Below, one piece after another: positions 9,521 to 20,254 of a DNA stretch of 64,000 nt. The number at the start of each line of letters is the position of its first letter. Position 1 is the first letter of the stretch. The stretch is from NCBI GenBank assembly GCA_964512645.1, contig CAZEJS010000001.1, forward strand, positions 825 to 64,824, in the 5' to 3' direction. The stretch is from an uncultured Acidimicrobiales bacterium (lineage in GTDB: Bacteria; Actinomycetota; Geothermincolia; Fen-727; Anoxymicrobiaceae). A program made the translations under genes and the position numbers. Under the pieces are notes generated by a model. The model ran no database searches, was not told the origin of the DNA, and worked only from the letters and a program-made list of their open reading frames with translations.

Positions 9521-10773
9521 ACTATCTCTCCCGGGTCGGTGATCGTGCCGGTGAGGGCCGACGCGGCCGCCACGGCGGGGTTGGAGAGGTACACCTCGCT
9601 GGTCCTGTGTCCCATTCTGCCCACGAAGTTGCGGTTGGTCGTGGAGATCGCCTTCTCACCCGCGGCCAGCACTCCCATGTGCCCGCCCAGGCACGGCCCG
9701 CAGGTCGGCGGCGCGATGACGGCCCCCGCTTCCAGGAACGTGCCGAGAAGCCCTTCGTCCATCGCCCGCCGGTACACATGAGGGCTTCCCGGAATGACAA
9801 TCAGCCTTACACCTGCAGCGGCTTTCTTTCCACTCAGGACTTCGGCGGCCTGGCGCAGATCTTCCATCCGCCCGTTGGTGCACGAGCCGATGACGACCTG
9901 GTCCAGCTTCACGCGCGGCGCTGCGGCCACCGGGACCGCGTTGCTGGGCAGTGACGGAAGGGCCACCTGCGGCTCCAGCGCCGCGAGATCCGTATCGATC
10001 CTGCGCGCGTAGCCGTACTCGTCGGGGACCACCGGCATCGCCTGCGCGGCTACCCCGGCTCCCTCCAGGTACTCGAGGGCGAGGCGGTCGGCCGGGAACA
10101 GCCCGTTCTTCGCGCCGGCCTCGATGGCCATGTTCGCAGCGGTCAGCCTGCCCTCGACGCTCAGGGCCCCGACCCCGTCACCGGTGAACTCCAGCGAGGC
10201 GTAAGTGGCGCCGTCCACGCCCAGCAGTCCGATGAGGTGGACGATGAGGTCCTTGCCGCCCACCCACTTCCGGGGCCTCCCGCTCAGGGCGACCTCTATC
10301 GCCTCCGGGACCTTGAGCCAGGTCCTGCCGGTGGCCATCGCCGCGGCTATGTCCGTAGAACCCATCCCCGTGGCGAAAGCCCCCAGTCCCCCGTACGTGC
10401 AGGTGTGGCTGTCGGCCCCGATTATCACCATGCCCGGGCGCACCAGGCCCTGCTCCGGGAGCAGCACGTGCTCGATGCCGACTTCGCCCCCGTCGTAGAA
10501 GTGGCTGAGCCCCTGCTCGAGCGCGAAGCGCCTCACGAAGGCGCACTGGTCCGCCGAGGCGACGTCCCTGTTGGGGGTGAAGTGGTCGAGCACGAGAACG
10601 ACCCTGTCCCTGTCGAACACCGATTCCCGCCCCAGCTTGCCGAACTCCTCTATGGCCAGCGGAGCGGTTATGTCGTTTGCGAGCACCAGGTCCACCGGGA
10701 TCTCGATGAACTCCCCGGGCTTCACCGAGGCGCGGCCGGAGTGCTCCGCAAGTATTCTTCTGGTCTGACTCAT
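9517..10773 (-). CDS. leuC: 3-isopropylmalate dehydratase large subunit
   Basis: 418 aa. Aconitase-family Fe-S ligand context (GADSHTCTYGGLGAFATGMGSTD, GSCTNGR, CGPCLG). Confidence 0.9.
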   Translation of the reverse strand: MSQTRRILAEHSGRASVKPGEFIEIPVDLVLANDITAPLAIEEFGKLGRESVFDRDRVVLVLDHFTPNRDVASADQCAFVRRFALEQGLSHFYDGGEVGIEHVLLPEQGLVRPGMVIIGADSHTCTYGGLGAFATGMGSTDIAAAMATGRTWLKVPEAIEVALSGRPRKWVGGKDLIVHLIGLLGVDGATYASLEFTGDGVGALSVEGRLTAANMAIEAGAKNGLFPADRLALEYLEGAGVAAQAMPVVPDEYGYARRIDTDLAALEPQVALPSLPSNAVPVAAAPRVKLDQVVIGSCTNGRMEDLRQAAEVLSGKKAAAGVRLIVIPGSPHVYRRAMDEGLLGTFLEAGAVIAPPTCGPCLGGHMGVLAAGEKAISTTNRNFVGRMGHRTSEVYLSNPAVAAASALTGTITDPGEIV

Positions 10774-10856
10774 CTCTTCTCCCGTTGAAACACAGAGCGC
10801 CGGCCGGGCCCTGTTCCATCTGCGAACAACGCGGGGGCGCCTCCGCCGCCGGCCGG

Positions 10857-12365
10857 TTACCTGCGCAGAACCTTGTTCACCGCGTTGAGGTAGGCGCGCG
10901 CGCTGGCCTCGACAATGTCGGTGGAGACGCCCCGTCCCACGACGCGCTCATCGCCAACATCGAGCTGGACCGTGACGTCCCCCAGGGCGTCCAGGCCGCC
11001 GGTTATCGCCTCGACCGTGAACGCGTGAAGCCTGGCGTCGATGTGCAGCGCCTCCCTTATCGCCTTGCACACCGCGTCGACCATCCCGTCGCCGATAGCC
11101 CTCTCGGTGATGCGCTCCCCTTCGCGTTCGATGGTTATAGTGGCGCTCGGCGGCGCCTCCTGCCCGCCACTGTGGACCTCGTAACCTGTCAGCTTCCACT
11201 GCTGCCCCTCGGTGCGTATGTATTCGAGCGCGACAGCCTCGATGTCTTCCCCGGTCAGCGAACTCTTCTTGTCGGCAAGCTCCTTGAACCTGACGAAGGC
11301 CTGGTTCAGCTCTTCTTCTCCCAGGTAGTACCCCAGCCGCTCCAGCTGCTCTTTGAGGGCGTGGCGGCCGGAGTGCTTTCCCAGCACTATGTCGCTCTCG
11401 ATCAGCCCCACCGCGGCGGCGTCCATTATTTCGTAAGTGGCCCGCTCCTTGAGCACCCCGTCCTGGTGTATGCCGGACTCGTGGGCGAAGGCGTTCCTCC
11501 CGACAATGGCCTTGTTCGGCTGAACCGGGTAACCGGTAAGCAGGCTCACCAGGCGGCTGGTGCGGCTTATCTCGGTGGAATCGATGTTGGTCCTCAAGCC
11601 CATGAGGTCGTGCCTGACCTTCAGGGTCATCACGATCTCCTCCATGCTGGCGTTCCCCGCACGCTCTCCCAGCCCGTTGACCGCGCACTCGACCTGCCTG
11701 GCGCCGGCCTTGCACGCCGCCAGCGAGTTCGCGACCGCCAGGCCGAGGTCGTTGTGGCAGTGAACGCTGATCACCACCCCCTCGACACCCTTCACGTTCT
11801 CGCGTATCCCGCGGATCAGGGCGGCGAATTCCTCCGGTATGGCGTATCCCACGGTATCGGGGATGTTGAGCACCCCGGCGCCCTCTTCGATGGCGGCTTC
11901 CAGCACCGCGTACAGGAAGGCGGGGTCGCTCCGGGTAGCGTCCATCGGCGAGAACTCCACGTCCGGGCAGTACCCCCTCGCCCGGCGAACCGACACGCGG
12001 GCCATCTCCAGGACCTGCTCGCGCGTCTTGTGGAGCTGGTGCTCCAGGTGAATGTCGGAGGTGCTTACGAACGTGTGAATACGCGGATGAGCGGCGCCCT
12101 TGACCGCCTCCCACGCCCTGTCGATGTCATCCGGTCGCGCCCTGGCAAGCGCGCACACGGTCGACCTGTCGATCCTGGCGGCAATTCGCTCCACGGCGGT
12201 GAAATCGCCGGGACTGGTCGCCGGGAAACCCGCCTCGATGACGTCTACACCCAGGCGCTGGAGCTGCTCGGCTATCTCCAGCTTTTCCCGCACGCCCAGT
12301 CGTATCCCGGGCGACTGCTCCCCGTCTCGCAACGTGGTATCGAATATGCCGACTACGTCTTCCAT
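10857..12365 (-). CDS. leuA: 2-isopropylmalate synthase
   Basis: 502 aa. FDTTLRDGEQSPG N-terminal motif, HCHNDLGLAVANSLAA, C-terminal LeuA dimerisation domain. Confidence 0.9.
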   Translation of the reverse strand: MEDVVGIFDTTLRDGEQSPGIRLGVREKLEIAEQLQRLGVDVIEAGFPATSPGDFTAVERIAARIDRSTVCALARARPDDIDRAWEAVKGAAHPRIHTFVSTSDIHLEHQLHKTREQVLEMARVSVRRARGYCPDVEFSPMDATRSDPAFLYAVLEAAIEEGAGVLNIPDTVGYAIPEEFAALIRGIRENVKGVEGVVISVHCHNDLGLAVANSLAACKAGARQVECAVNGLGERAGNASMEEIVMTLKVRHDLMGLRTNIDSTEISRTSRLVSLLTGYPVQPNKAIVGRNAFAHESGIHQDGVLKERATYEIMDAAAVGLIESDIVLGKHSGRHALKEQLERLGYYLGEEELNQAFVRFKELADKKSSLTGEDIEAVALEYIRTEGQQWKLTGYEVHSGGQEAPPSATITIEREGERITERAIGDGMVDAVCKAIREALHIDARLHAFTVEAITGGLDALGDVTVQLDVGDERVVGRGVSTDIVEASARAYLNAVNKVLRR

Positions 12366-12380
12366 CGAGAGCGTCTCCTC

Positions 12381-13979
12381 TTACAGGACCAGAAACTCCG
12401 CGGATTCTATGCCTTCCCGCGACCTCAGGTCTTGCAACACTTCCTCGCTCAGCGGGACGTCCAGGTTGAGCCCCATGCCGGCCACACCGCCAATGGACCT
12501 GCGCCCTACCTGCAAACCGCTTATGTTTATGTCACGCTCGCCCAGCACCGTCCCGACCTCTCCGATCATCCCCGGGCGGTCCTGGTAAGTGACGAACGCC
12601 ATGTACTGACTGGGTGCGATCACTATGTCGAAGTCGCGTACGTTGACGAACATCTCCTGGTTGACTCCTACCAGGGTGGCGCCGGCGGTCACCTTGGAGT
12701 CGCCCCCGCCGGCGGTCACACGTATCAAGTTCACGTAATCCAGGGACCTGTTGCTCCTGGCCTCCCTGACATTTATGCCGCGCTCGCCGGCGATAATGGG
12801 GGCATTCACGTAAGTGACGGCGTCCATGGAAACCTTCTCGAAAAACCCCTTGAGAAACGCTACCGTCAGCAGCGAGGTCTCGTGTTCGCTTATCTCGCCG
12901 AGGACCTCGAACTCGATCTCGCTCACCGCGCCTTTTATGAGGTTCACGAACAACCTCCCGAGCTTCTCGCACAGCGGCATGTAGGGCCTGAGCGTCTCCA
13001 CCACTTCCTTCTGGGGCATGGCGATGTTCACCGCCCCGCTGACGAAACCGCCGGTGAGCGCCGCGACAACCTGATCGGCGATCGCTACGCCCGCCTTGTA
13101 CTGCGCCTCCCGGGTGCTCGCCCCCAGGTGCGGGGTCACGATCACCTCCGGCATGCTGCACATCGGGTTGCCCTCTTCTGGGGGCTCGCACTCGAACACG
13201 TCGATGGCCGCGCCGGCGACCTTGCCGTTCGATATCGCCCTTGCCAGCGCGTGTTCGTCTATCACCCCGCCCCGCGAGACGTTGACGAACCTGACACCCG
13301 GTTTCACGATCTCGAATTGACTGTCGGACACCAGGTGGAGCGTGTCCTTGGTCCTGGGAACGTGGAGCGTCACGAAGTCCGCTTCCCGCAGCAGCTCTTC
13401 CATCGACGGCTTCATCTCGATGCCGATCGCATTCGCCCTCTGGGTCGAGATGTACGGGTCGAAGCCGATCAGCTTCATGCCGAAGGCGCCGGCCCGCTCC
13501 GCCACCAGCGCGCCTATTCTCCCGACACCGATGATCCCCAGCGTCTTGCCGTAAAGCTCGACACCCTGGTAGGCGGAGCGCTTCCACTCCCCCTTCTCCA
13601 TCGAGGCGTTGGCGGCGGGGATGTTGCGCGCGACGGCCATTAACATCGCCATGGTGTGCTCGGCCGCGGAGATGATGTTGCTCTCCGGAACGTTCGCCAC
13701 CATGATCCCTTTCATGGTCGCGGCTTCCACATCGATGTTGTCGACGCCTATGCCCGCGCGCCCGACAACCTTGAGCCGCCTGGCCCTGCAGATCGCCTCG
13801 GCGTCGACCATGGTGCCGCTGCGCACGACGAGCCCGTCGTACTCCTCGAGCTTTTCCAGGAATTCCTCCCTGGACATGGCGTCGTACGCGTCCACGAGGA
13901 AATGCTCTTCAAGCCTGGCCAGGCCCTCCGGAGAAATCTTCTCCGCCACGAGCACCCTGTATGGGGATTGTTCTCCCAT
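12381..13979 (-). CDS. serA: D-3-phosphoglycerate dehydrogenase with C-terminal ACT domain
   Basis: 532 aa. GxGxxG NAD-binding fold (GIIGVGRIGALVAERA), D-isomer 2-hydroxyacid dehydrogenase catalytic region, ACT domain at the C-terminus. Confidence 0.9.
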   Translation of the reverse strand: MGEQSPYRVLVAEKISPEGLARLEEHFLVDAYDAMSREEFLEKLEEYDGLVVRSGTMVDAEAICRARRLKVVGRAGIGVDNIDVEAATMKGIMVANVPESNIISAAEHTMAMLMAVARNIPAANASMEKGEWKRSAYQGVELYGKTLGIIGVGRIGALVAERAGAFGMKLIGFDPYISTQRANAIGIEMKPSMEELLREADFVTLHVPRTKDTLHLVSDSQFEIVKPGVRFVNVSRGGVIDEHALARAISNGKVAGAAIDVFECEPPEEGNPMCSMPEVIVTPHLGASTREAQYKAGVAIADQVVAALTGGFVSGAVNIAMPQKEVVETLRPYMPLCEKLGRLFVNLIKGAVSEIEFEVLGEISEHETSLLTVAFLKGFFEKVSMDAVTYVNAPIIAGERGINVREARSNRSLDYVNLIRVTAGGGDSKVTAGATLVGVNQEMFVNVRDFDIVIAPSQYMAFVTYQDRPGMIGEVGTVLGERDINISGLQVGRRSIGGVAGMGLNLDVPLSEEVLQDLRSREGIESAEFLVL

Positions 13980-14057
13980 GACCTCTCCCGTCGGTTGATA
14001 CAGGCGACCCGATTACTACGATACACGAACGGCCGCGAGCCTCAAGGCGCAGGCGGG

Positions 14058-15212
14058 CTATCCCGCGAGAACCCTGAGCGCGGCACCCACCCCCCTGCCG
14101 GGCTCCACGTCGCACCCAAGCCTGGCCAGCGTTATCTCCAGTGCGGCCACCTGGGTGACGATGTCATACTCGTCGAAGTAGCCGACGTGCCCCAGGCGGA
14201 ACACCTTCCCTTTGAGCCTGCCCTGACCGCCGGCGATGAAGATGCCGAAATCGTCCCGCATCTTCCTGGTGATGTCGCCGGCGCCGATACCCTCCGGCGC
14301 CCACACCGAGGTGGTTACGAACGCCCGGCTCCTGTCTCTGGCCAGGAAGCGCAACCCCAAAGCCTCGACGGCGGCCTGCGTCGCCCGGGCGAGCTTCTCA
14401 TGCCTGGCGAAGACCGCTTCCAGCCCTTCCTCGCGGATCATCGACAGGGCGGCGTCCAGCCCCTGGAGTAGCGTGATCGCCGGCGTGTACGGCGTCTCGG
14501 GAGGAACTTTCGACTGCGACTTGCGCGCGGCCTCGAAGGAGAAGTAGTAGGAAGGGCACTTCGCGGACTCCGCCGCTTCCCAGGCCTTTCCGCTAACCGC
14601 GCAGAAAGCAAGGCCGGGGGGAGTCATCAGCGCCTTCTGGGATCCGCTGATGCACAGGTCCACCCCCCACTCGTCCGTCCTCAAGTCGACGGCGCCCAGC
14701 CCGCTGATGGCGTCCACCAGAAACAACGCGTCGGTCCCGGCCACCACGCGCCCGAACGCCTCGACGTCGTTCACCACACCCGTGGACGTCTCGCTCTGGG
14801 TGAGCATCACGCACCTGGCGTCCGGGTTGGCTTCAAGGGCGCTCTCGAGCTGTTCCGGCCTGGCACACTCACCCCACTCGTACTCGACGGTAACGCAATC
14901 GAGGCCGAATGCCCGGCTTATCTCGACCAGCCTCTCGCCGAACTTGCCCCCGGCGAACGCTATGACCTTGTCTCCGGGCGAGAAGCAACTGGAGATAGCC
15001 CCCTCCATTGCGCCGGTTCCGCTGGAGGTGAACAGCAGCACCTCGTTGGAGGTCTGGTAGACGTACTTCAACCCGTCCAGGACCCTGGCCAGCAGCTCGC
15101 CGAACTCGGAGGACCTGTGGTGAATCATCTTCACCTGGGAGAGCCCGACCTTGGTGGGCACGGGCGTCGGACCCGGTGTGAAGATATAATCCTTCTTCAA
15201 CTCGACCTCCAT
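14058..15212 (-). CDS. serC: Class-V aminotransferase, probable phosphoserine aminotransferase (AGXT/archaeal SerC type)
   Basis: ORF 14058..15239; internal ATG 15212 (MEVELKKDYIFTPGPTPVP...). Class-V PLP fold (SGSQKALMTPPGLAF). Sits immediately upstream of serA. Confidence 0.75.
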   Translation of the reverse strand: MEVELKKDYIFTPGPTPVPTKVGLSQVKMIHHRSSEFGELLARVLDGLKYVYQTSNEVLLFTSSGTGAMEGAISSCFSPGDKVIAFAGGKFGERLVEISRAFGLDCVTVEYEWGECARPEQLESALEANPDARCVMLTQSETSTGVVNDVEAFGRVVAGTDALFLVDAISGLGAVDLRTDEWGVDLCISGSQKALMTPPGLAFCAVSGKAWEAAESAKCPSYYFSFEAARKSQSKVPPETPYTPAITLLQGLDAALSMIREEGLEAVFARHEKLARATQAAVEALGLRFLARDRSRAFVTTSVWAPEGIGAGDITRKMRDDFGIFIAGGQGRLKGKVFRLGHVGYFDEYDIVTQVAALEITLARLGCDVEPGRGVGAALRVLAG

Positions 15213-15284
15213 ATGTCGCGCCGCCCCGGGAGCGTGCAACCGCTCCCCGGACCGCTTCCGCCGGCGCCGGTGAAGCGCCCGGCA

Positions 15285-16277
15285 CTACTCGTTCAGCCAG
15301 CTCATCATCGAACGCAGCTTCTTCCCCAGGGGCTCGAGCGGATGCTCCGCCTCCGCCTTTCGCATCGTCGCGAACGACGCCCTGTTCGCCTGGTTCTCGA
15401 GCACCCACTCGGTGGCGAACCCGCCGCTCTGTATCTCCTCGAGTATCTTCTTCATCTCCCCCCGGACCTCCGGGCTGATGACCCTCGGGCCCCTGGTGAG
15501 GTCGCCGTATTCGGCGGTATCGCTCACCGCGGAGCGCATCCCGCTTATCCCGTGGCTGTATATGAGGTCAACGATCAGCTTCAGCTCGTGAAGACATTCG
15601 AAGTAGGCGACCTCGGGCTGGTACCCGGCCTCGACAAGGGTGTCGAAACCAGCCTTGATGAGCTCGGCGGTGCCTCCGCAAAGGACCACCTGTTCACCGA
15701 AGAGGTCCGTCTCCGTCTCTTCCTTGAACGTGGTCTCGAGGACGCCGGCCCTCGCGGCGCCGATCCCCGCGGCGTACGCCAGCCCCCTCTGCAGCGCCTT
15801 GCCGGTGTAGTCACGCTCGATGGCGATCAGCGCCGGGACCCCGCCGCCCTCGAGGAACACCTGCCGGACCATGCGGCCCGGGCCTTTCGGCGCCACCATG
15901 ATGACGTCCACGTCATCGGGCGGGATTATCTGGTTGAAGTGGATGTTGAACCCGTGGGCGAAGAACAGGGCGTTTCCTTCCTTCAGGCCGGGCTTAATGC
16001 ACTCCTCGTAAACGGCCGCCTGCCTGTCGTCCGGGATAAGGACCATGATAACGTCGGCTGCCGCGGCTGCTTCGGAGGGCGTGGCCACGGCCAGGCCGGC
16101 CTCCCCGGCCGTCCCTGCCGACGAGCTGCCCTCGCGGAGCCCAACCACCACGTCCATCCCGCTGTCCTTGAGGTTCAAGGCGTGGGCGTGGCCCTGGCTG
16201 CCGTATCCGATGACCGCTATCTTCCGGCCCTCGAGGATGCCTTTGTCCGCGTCTTTCTCGTAGTACATCGTCGCCAT
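15285..16277 (-). CDS. ilvC: Ketol-acid reductoisomerase
   Basis: 330 aa. N-terminal [21 protein letters not shown] Rossmann motif, class-I KARI length. Confidence 0.95.
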   Translation of the reverse strand: MATMYYEKDADKGILEGRKIAVIGYGSQGHAHALNLKDSGMDVVVGLREGSSSAGTAGEAGLAVATPSEAAAAADVIMVLIPDDRQAAVYEECIKPGLKEGNALFFAHGFNIHFNQIIPPDDVDVIMVAPKGPGRMVRQVFLEGGGVPALIAIERDYTGKALQRGLAYAAGIGAARAGVLETTFKEETETDLFGEQVVLCGGTAELIKAGFDTLVEAGYQPEVAYFECLHELKLIVDLIYSHGISGMRSAVSDTAEYGDLTRGPRVISPEVRGEMKKILEEIQSGGFATEWVLENQANRASFATMRKAEAEHPLEPLGKKLRSMMSWLNE

Positions 16278-16340
16278 TTCAGACCTCCAGTCTGCCTCGG
16301 TCCCCGCCTCGATGCGGCCGCGCGGGCCACGGGTCCTCCG

Positions 16341-16814
16341 TTAACCGCGCGGCAGCGCTATCATGCCCGTCCGCACTACCTCCACGACGCCGTAGGGGCG
16401 CATCAGCTCCTCGAAGGCCCTCAGCTTCGAGGCCGGACCGGTGACCTCGACGCTCAGAGTCCCTTTTCCGACGTCCACGATCTTCCCCCTGAAGATCTCC
16501 ACTATTCCGGCGACGTCCGCCCTGTTCGAGGGCTCGGCCTTGACCTTGACCAGCACCAGCTCACGCTGGACGCTGTTCTCGTCAGGGAGGTCGATCACCT
16601 TGATCACGTTGATGAGCTTGTTGAGCTGCTTGTAGACCTGCTCAAGCGAGTGTTCCTCGACGTCCACTACCACGGTCATGCGGCTAATCTCCGGCTTGTC
16701 TGTCACCCCGACCGCCAGGCTGTCGATGTTGAATCCCCTGCGCGAAAACAGCCCCGCCACCCTCGCCAGGACGCCGGGCTTGTTCTCCACCAGAACCGAA
16801 AGGGTATGCTTCAC
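16341..16814 (-). CDS. ilvN: Acetolactate synthase small (regulatory) subunit
   Basis: C-terminal 157 codons of ORF 16341..18311. (V/M)KHTLSVLVENKPGVLARVAGLFSRRGFNIDSL is the canonical ACT-domain N-terminus. Putative GTG start lies 2 nt after the ilvB stop (translational coupling). Confidence 0.85.
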   Translation of the reverse strand: MKHTLSVLVENKPGVLARVAGLFSRRGFNIDSLAVGVTDKPEISRMTVVVDVEEHSLEQVYKQLNKLINVIKVIDLPDENSVQRELVLVKVKAEPSNRADVAGIVEIFRGKIVDVGKGTLSVEVTGPASKLRAFEELMRPYGVVEVVRTGMIALPRG

Positions 16815-16816
16815 CG

Positions 16817-18514
16817 CTAACCCCCTATCATGTCGTCGAGCGACGCCCCGGGCGCCACCATCGGGAACACGTTCTCCTCCTGCTCGACAATGAAATCTAT
16901 GAGGACCGGCACCTTTTTCTCCTTGAACGCCTCCCTGAGCGCCGGTTCGACCTCGTCCTTCCCGCTTACCCTGAGGCCTTTGGCCCCGTAGGCCTCGGCA
17001 AGCAGCACGAAGTCCGGGGACTCGCCGCGGCGCAGGTGCGTGTGAGAGTAACGCCTGTCGAAGAACATCTCCTGCCACTGCCTGACCATGCCGAGGTAAC
17101 CGTTGTTGATGACGGCTATGACGACCGGGATCTCCTCGAGAACGGCCGTGGCCAGCTCCTGGGAGTTCATCTGCATCGAGCCGTCCCCGGCGATGTTCAC
17201 CACCTGCGCGTCCGGCCTTCCTACCTTCGCCCCGATGGAGGCGGGGAGCCCGAACCCCATCGTGCCCAGACCCCCGGACGAGATGAACCGCCGCGGGCGG
17301 TCGGACTTGTAGAACTGGGCCGCCCACATCTGGTGCTGGCCCACGTCCGTGACCACGGTAGCCTTGCCCCTGGTCACCCGGTAGATCTCGTCGACGACAA
17401 ACTGCGGCCGCAGGGTTTCGCCGGCCGGCACCGTCAGCGGGTATTCTTTCTTCCACTCCCTTATCTGCCGGTGCCAGGGCTTGAGGTCGGGGTACGCGGC
17501 GTCCTGCGTTTTTTCTTTCAGAAAACCGAGCAGCTCCTTCAAGACCGCCCTGGCGTCGCCGACGATCGGAACGGTGACCGGCACGTTCTTGCCTATCTCC
17601 GCCGGGTCCACGTCGATGTGGATGATCTTCGCGTGAGGGGCGAACGCGTCCAGCCTCCCGGTGATGCGGTCGTCGAACCGCGCCCCGATCGCGATGATGA
17701 GGTCGGTCTCCATCATCACGTAATTGGCGTAGGACGTGCCGTGCATCCCCAGCATCCCCAGGGACAGCCTGGAGGTCTCCGGGTAGGCCCCCTTCGCCAT
17801 CAGGGTGGTGGTCACCGGCAGGTCGAGCATGTCCGCAAGCTCCCTCAGTTCGACCGACGCACCGGAGGAGACGACCCCGCCGCCGGCGTAGATGACCGGT
17901 CTCTTCGCCGCGGCCATGAGGCGCGCGGCCTCTTTGATCTGCCTGAGGTGGCCCTTCGTGGTTGGCTTGTACCCGGGAAGCGCCGCGCGCCTCTCCGGGT
18001 ACTTGAAGTCGAACACCGCCCGCTGCACGTCCGAGGGCAGGTCGATGAGGACCGCTCCCGGCCTGCCGGTGGAGGCTATGAGGAACGCCTCCTGCACAGT
18101 GGGGGCGATATCCCGGGGGTCTTTGATGAGGTAGTTGTGCTTTACCACGGGCAGGGTGATTCCGGTGGTGTCGGCCTCCTGGAACGCGTCGGTGCCTATC
18201 ACGTGAGTGGCGACCTGTCCGGAAATCGCCACAAGGGGGACCGAGTCCATGTTGGCGGTAGCGATGCCGGTCACCAGGTTGGTGGCCCCCGGCCCGCTGG
18301 TGGACATGCATACGCCGACCTTGCCGGTGGCTCGCGCGTATCCGTCGGCGGCGTGCGCGGCGCCCTGTTCGTGCCTGGTGAGCACGTGCCGTATCGGGAA
18401 GTCGAGCAGCACGTCATAAGTGGGCATTATGGAACCGCCCGGGTATCCGAAGATGACCTCGACGTCCTCCTTCTCCACGCTCTTCAGGAGCGCCGCCGCG
18501 CCGCTCATCTTCAT
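16817..18514 (-). CDS. ilvB: Acetolactate synthase large subunit
   Basis: ORF 16817..18529; ATG 18514 gives MKMSGAAALLKSVEKEDVEVIFGYPGG (typical AHAS N-terminus). TPP-binding GDGSMQMNSQEL motif. Overlaps ilvD stop region. Confidence 0.9.
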   Translation of the reverse strand: MKMSGAAALLKSVEKEDVEVIFGYPGGSIMPTYDVLLDFPIRHVLTRHEQGAAHAADGYARATGKVGVCMSTSGPGATNLVTGIATANMDSVPLVAISGQVATHVIGTDAFQEADTTGITLPVVKHNYLIKDPRDIAPTVQEAFLIASTGRPGAVLIDLPSDVQRAVFDFKYPERRAALPGYKPTTKGHLRQIKEAARLMAAAKRPVIYAGGGVVSSGASVELRELADMLDLPVTTTLMAKGAYPETSRLSLGMLGMHGTSYANYVMMETDLIIAIGARFDDRITGRLDAFAPHAKIIHIDVDPAEIGKNVPVTVPIVGDARAVLKELLGFLKEKTQDAAYPDLKPWHRQIREWKKEYPLTVPAGETLRPQFVVDEIYRVTRGKATVVTDVGQHQMWAAQFYKSDRPRRFISSGGLGTMGFGLPASIGAKVGRPDAQVVNIAGDGSMQMNSQELATAVLEEIPVVIAVINNGYLGMVRQWQEMFFDRRYSHTHLRRGESPDFVLLAEAYGAKGLRVSGKDEVEPALREAFKEKKVPVLIDFIVEQEENVFPMVAPGASLDDMIGG

Positions 18515-20196
18515 GTCGCCGACCTCCAATCCGCCTCGATGTTCTCCGGGTCCACTACCGCTCCCCCCGCGGCGCTGCCTACCATGCTCTCGTAAACCGA
18601 CAAGACTCCGCGCCTTGCCCCCGGAGCCGGTGTCTTACACGCTGCACGCCTTCTGTCGAGCTCGGCGTCGTCTACCAGGAGGTCCAGGCGCCTGGCGTCC
18701 ATGTCGACCTCGACGGTGTCACCGTCGCGCACCAGCGCTATCGGCCCGCCCGCGGCGGCTTCGGGCGAGACGTGCCCTATCGCGCCGCCCCTGGTCCCCC
18801 CGGAGAAACGTCCGTCGGTGACGAGCAGGACATCGTCGGCCAGCCCCATCCCGGCGATGGCCGAGGTGGGCATCAACATCTCGCGCATGCCGGGACCGCC
18901 TCTCGGGCCTTCGTACCTGATGACCACGACGTCTCCGGGCCGGATCGAGCCCGCCCTTATCGCGGCTATCCCGGCTTCCTCGCCGTCGAAGACGCGCGCC
19001 GGTCCGGCGTGGCGGCGCATCTTCTCTCCCACCGCGGCCTCTTTAACCACGGCGCCCCCGGGAGCGAGGTTCCCCCGCAGCACCGCGAGCCCTCCCCGGG
19101 GAGAGTACGGGTCGCCAGCCGGGCGGATGACGTCGGCGTCGAGGCTCCGGGCCCCGGAGATGTTCTCCCCAAGCGTCCGTCCAGACACGGTGGCCGCATC
19201 CAGGTCCAGCCCGCCGGTCGGAACGAGCTCCGCGAGAACGGCGCTCACCCCGCCGGCCTCGTGCAAGTCCTGCATATGGTACGGCCCCGAGGGGGCGATC
19301 CTGCAGAGGTTGGGCGTCGCCGAACAGATGCGATCCACGTGCTCCAGGTCGAAGAAGATGCCCAGTTCGCGCGCTATCGCCGGCAGGTGCAGCAGCGAGT
19401 TCGTCGAGCCGCCGATGGCCATGTCCAGGGCGAGCGCGTTGTCGAAGGCCCCCGGCGTGAGAATAGCGTCAGGTGTCGTTCCCGCTTCCACCAGGTCCAC
19501 CAGCGCCTGTCCGGTCTCCCTGGCGAGCCGGAGCCGGTCCGGGCTCACCGCCGGGATGGTGCCGTTGCCGGGGAGCGCGATCCCCAGCGCCTCGGAGAGG
19601 CAGTTCATGCTGTTGGCGGTGAAGAGTCCCGAGCAGCACCCCGGGCCCGGGCAGGCGCACCTCTCGTAGGCGCCGAGCTCTTCATCGCTCACCGCGGCGG
19701 AAGCCGCGGCTTCCATCACTTTTATCAAGTCCAGATCGGTCTCCCCCAGCCTGCCGGTTGCCATCGGCCCGCCGGAAACCATGGCCGCGGGGACGTTCAT
19801 CCTGGCAACGGCCATGAGCATCCCCGGCACCACCTTGTCGCAGTTGGGGATTATCAGCACGCCGTCGAGGGCGTGGGCCATGACCATGATCTCCACCGTG
19901 TAGCTTATTATCTCCCGGGACGGCAGGGAGTACTTCATCCCTTCGTGCCCCATGGCGATCCCGTCACAGACTCCGATGGTGTTGAAGAGCATCGGCGTCG
20001 CCCCGGCAAGCCTGATGCCCTCGCACGCGGCTTCGTTGACCTCGCCGAGGTGGACGTGCCCCGGGACGAGCCCGTTCGCCGACCCCGCCACCCCGATCAG
20101 CGGGCGGGCGATTTCCTCGTCGGTAAGGCCAAGAGCGCGAAGAAGCGAGCGCTGGCCCGCTTTCTCCCGTCCCACCTTGATTATGTCACTGCGCAT
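18511..20196 (-). CDS. ilvD: Dihydroxy-acid dehydratase
   Basis: ORF 18511..20205, ATG 20196 (MRSDIIKVGREKAGQRSLLRALG...). ILVD/EDD family motifs (CDGIAMG, Fe-S cysteines CDKVVPG). Confidence 0.9.
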   Translation of the reverse strand: MRSDIIKVGREKAGQRSLLRALGLTDEEIARPLIGVAGSANGLVPGHVHLGEVNEAACEGIRLAGATPMLFNTIGVCDGIAMGHEGMKYSLPSREIISYTVEIMVMAHALDGVLIIPNCDKVVPGMLMAVARMNVPAAMVSGGPMATGRLGETDLDLIKVMEAAASAAVSDEELGAYERCACPGPGCCSGLFTANSMNCLSEALGIALPGNGTIPAVSPDRLRLARETGQALVDLVEAGTTPDAILTPGAFDNALALDMAIGGSTNSLLHLPAIARELGIFFDLEHVDRICSATPNLCRIAPSGPYHMQDLHEAGGVSAVLAELVPTGGLDLDAATVSGRTLGENISGARSLDADVIRPAGDPYSPRGGLAVLRGNLAPGGAVVKEAAVGEKMRRHAGPARVFDGEEAGIAAIRAGSIRPGDVVVIRYEGPRGGPGMREMLMPTSAIAGMGLADDVLLVTDGRFSGGTRGGAIGHVSPEAAAGGPIALVRDGDTVEVDMDARRLDLLVDDAELDRRRAACKTPAPGARRGVLSVYESMVGSAAGGAVVDPENIEADWRSAT

Positions 20197-20254
20197 CCGT
20201 CTCACCCGCCGGCGTTGCGGCGCACGGGTCCCCGGCCTGCCCGGTCCCGTCTCG

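Noticed and set aside
10785-13643. 952-aa plus-strand ORF, the longest in the track
   Set aside because: Exactly antisense to leuA and serA, Arg/Gly/Pro/His-rich low-complexity translation, no domain-like motifs. It is the typical open antisense frame of high-GC DNA. The same applies to 52513..55602 (+), 43917..46991 (+), 47034..48926 (+), 49032..50789 (+), 19952..21868 (+), 34648..37083 (-), 56278..57753 (-), 56705..58126 (-), 15117..16820 (+), 17036..18595 (+) and 179..1684 (+).
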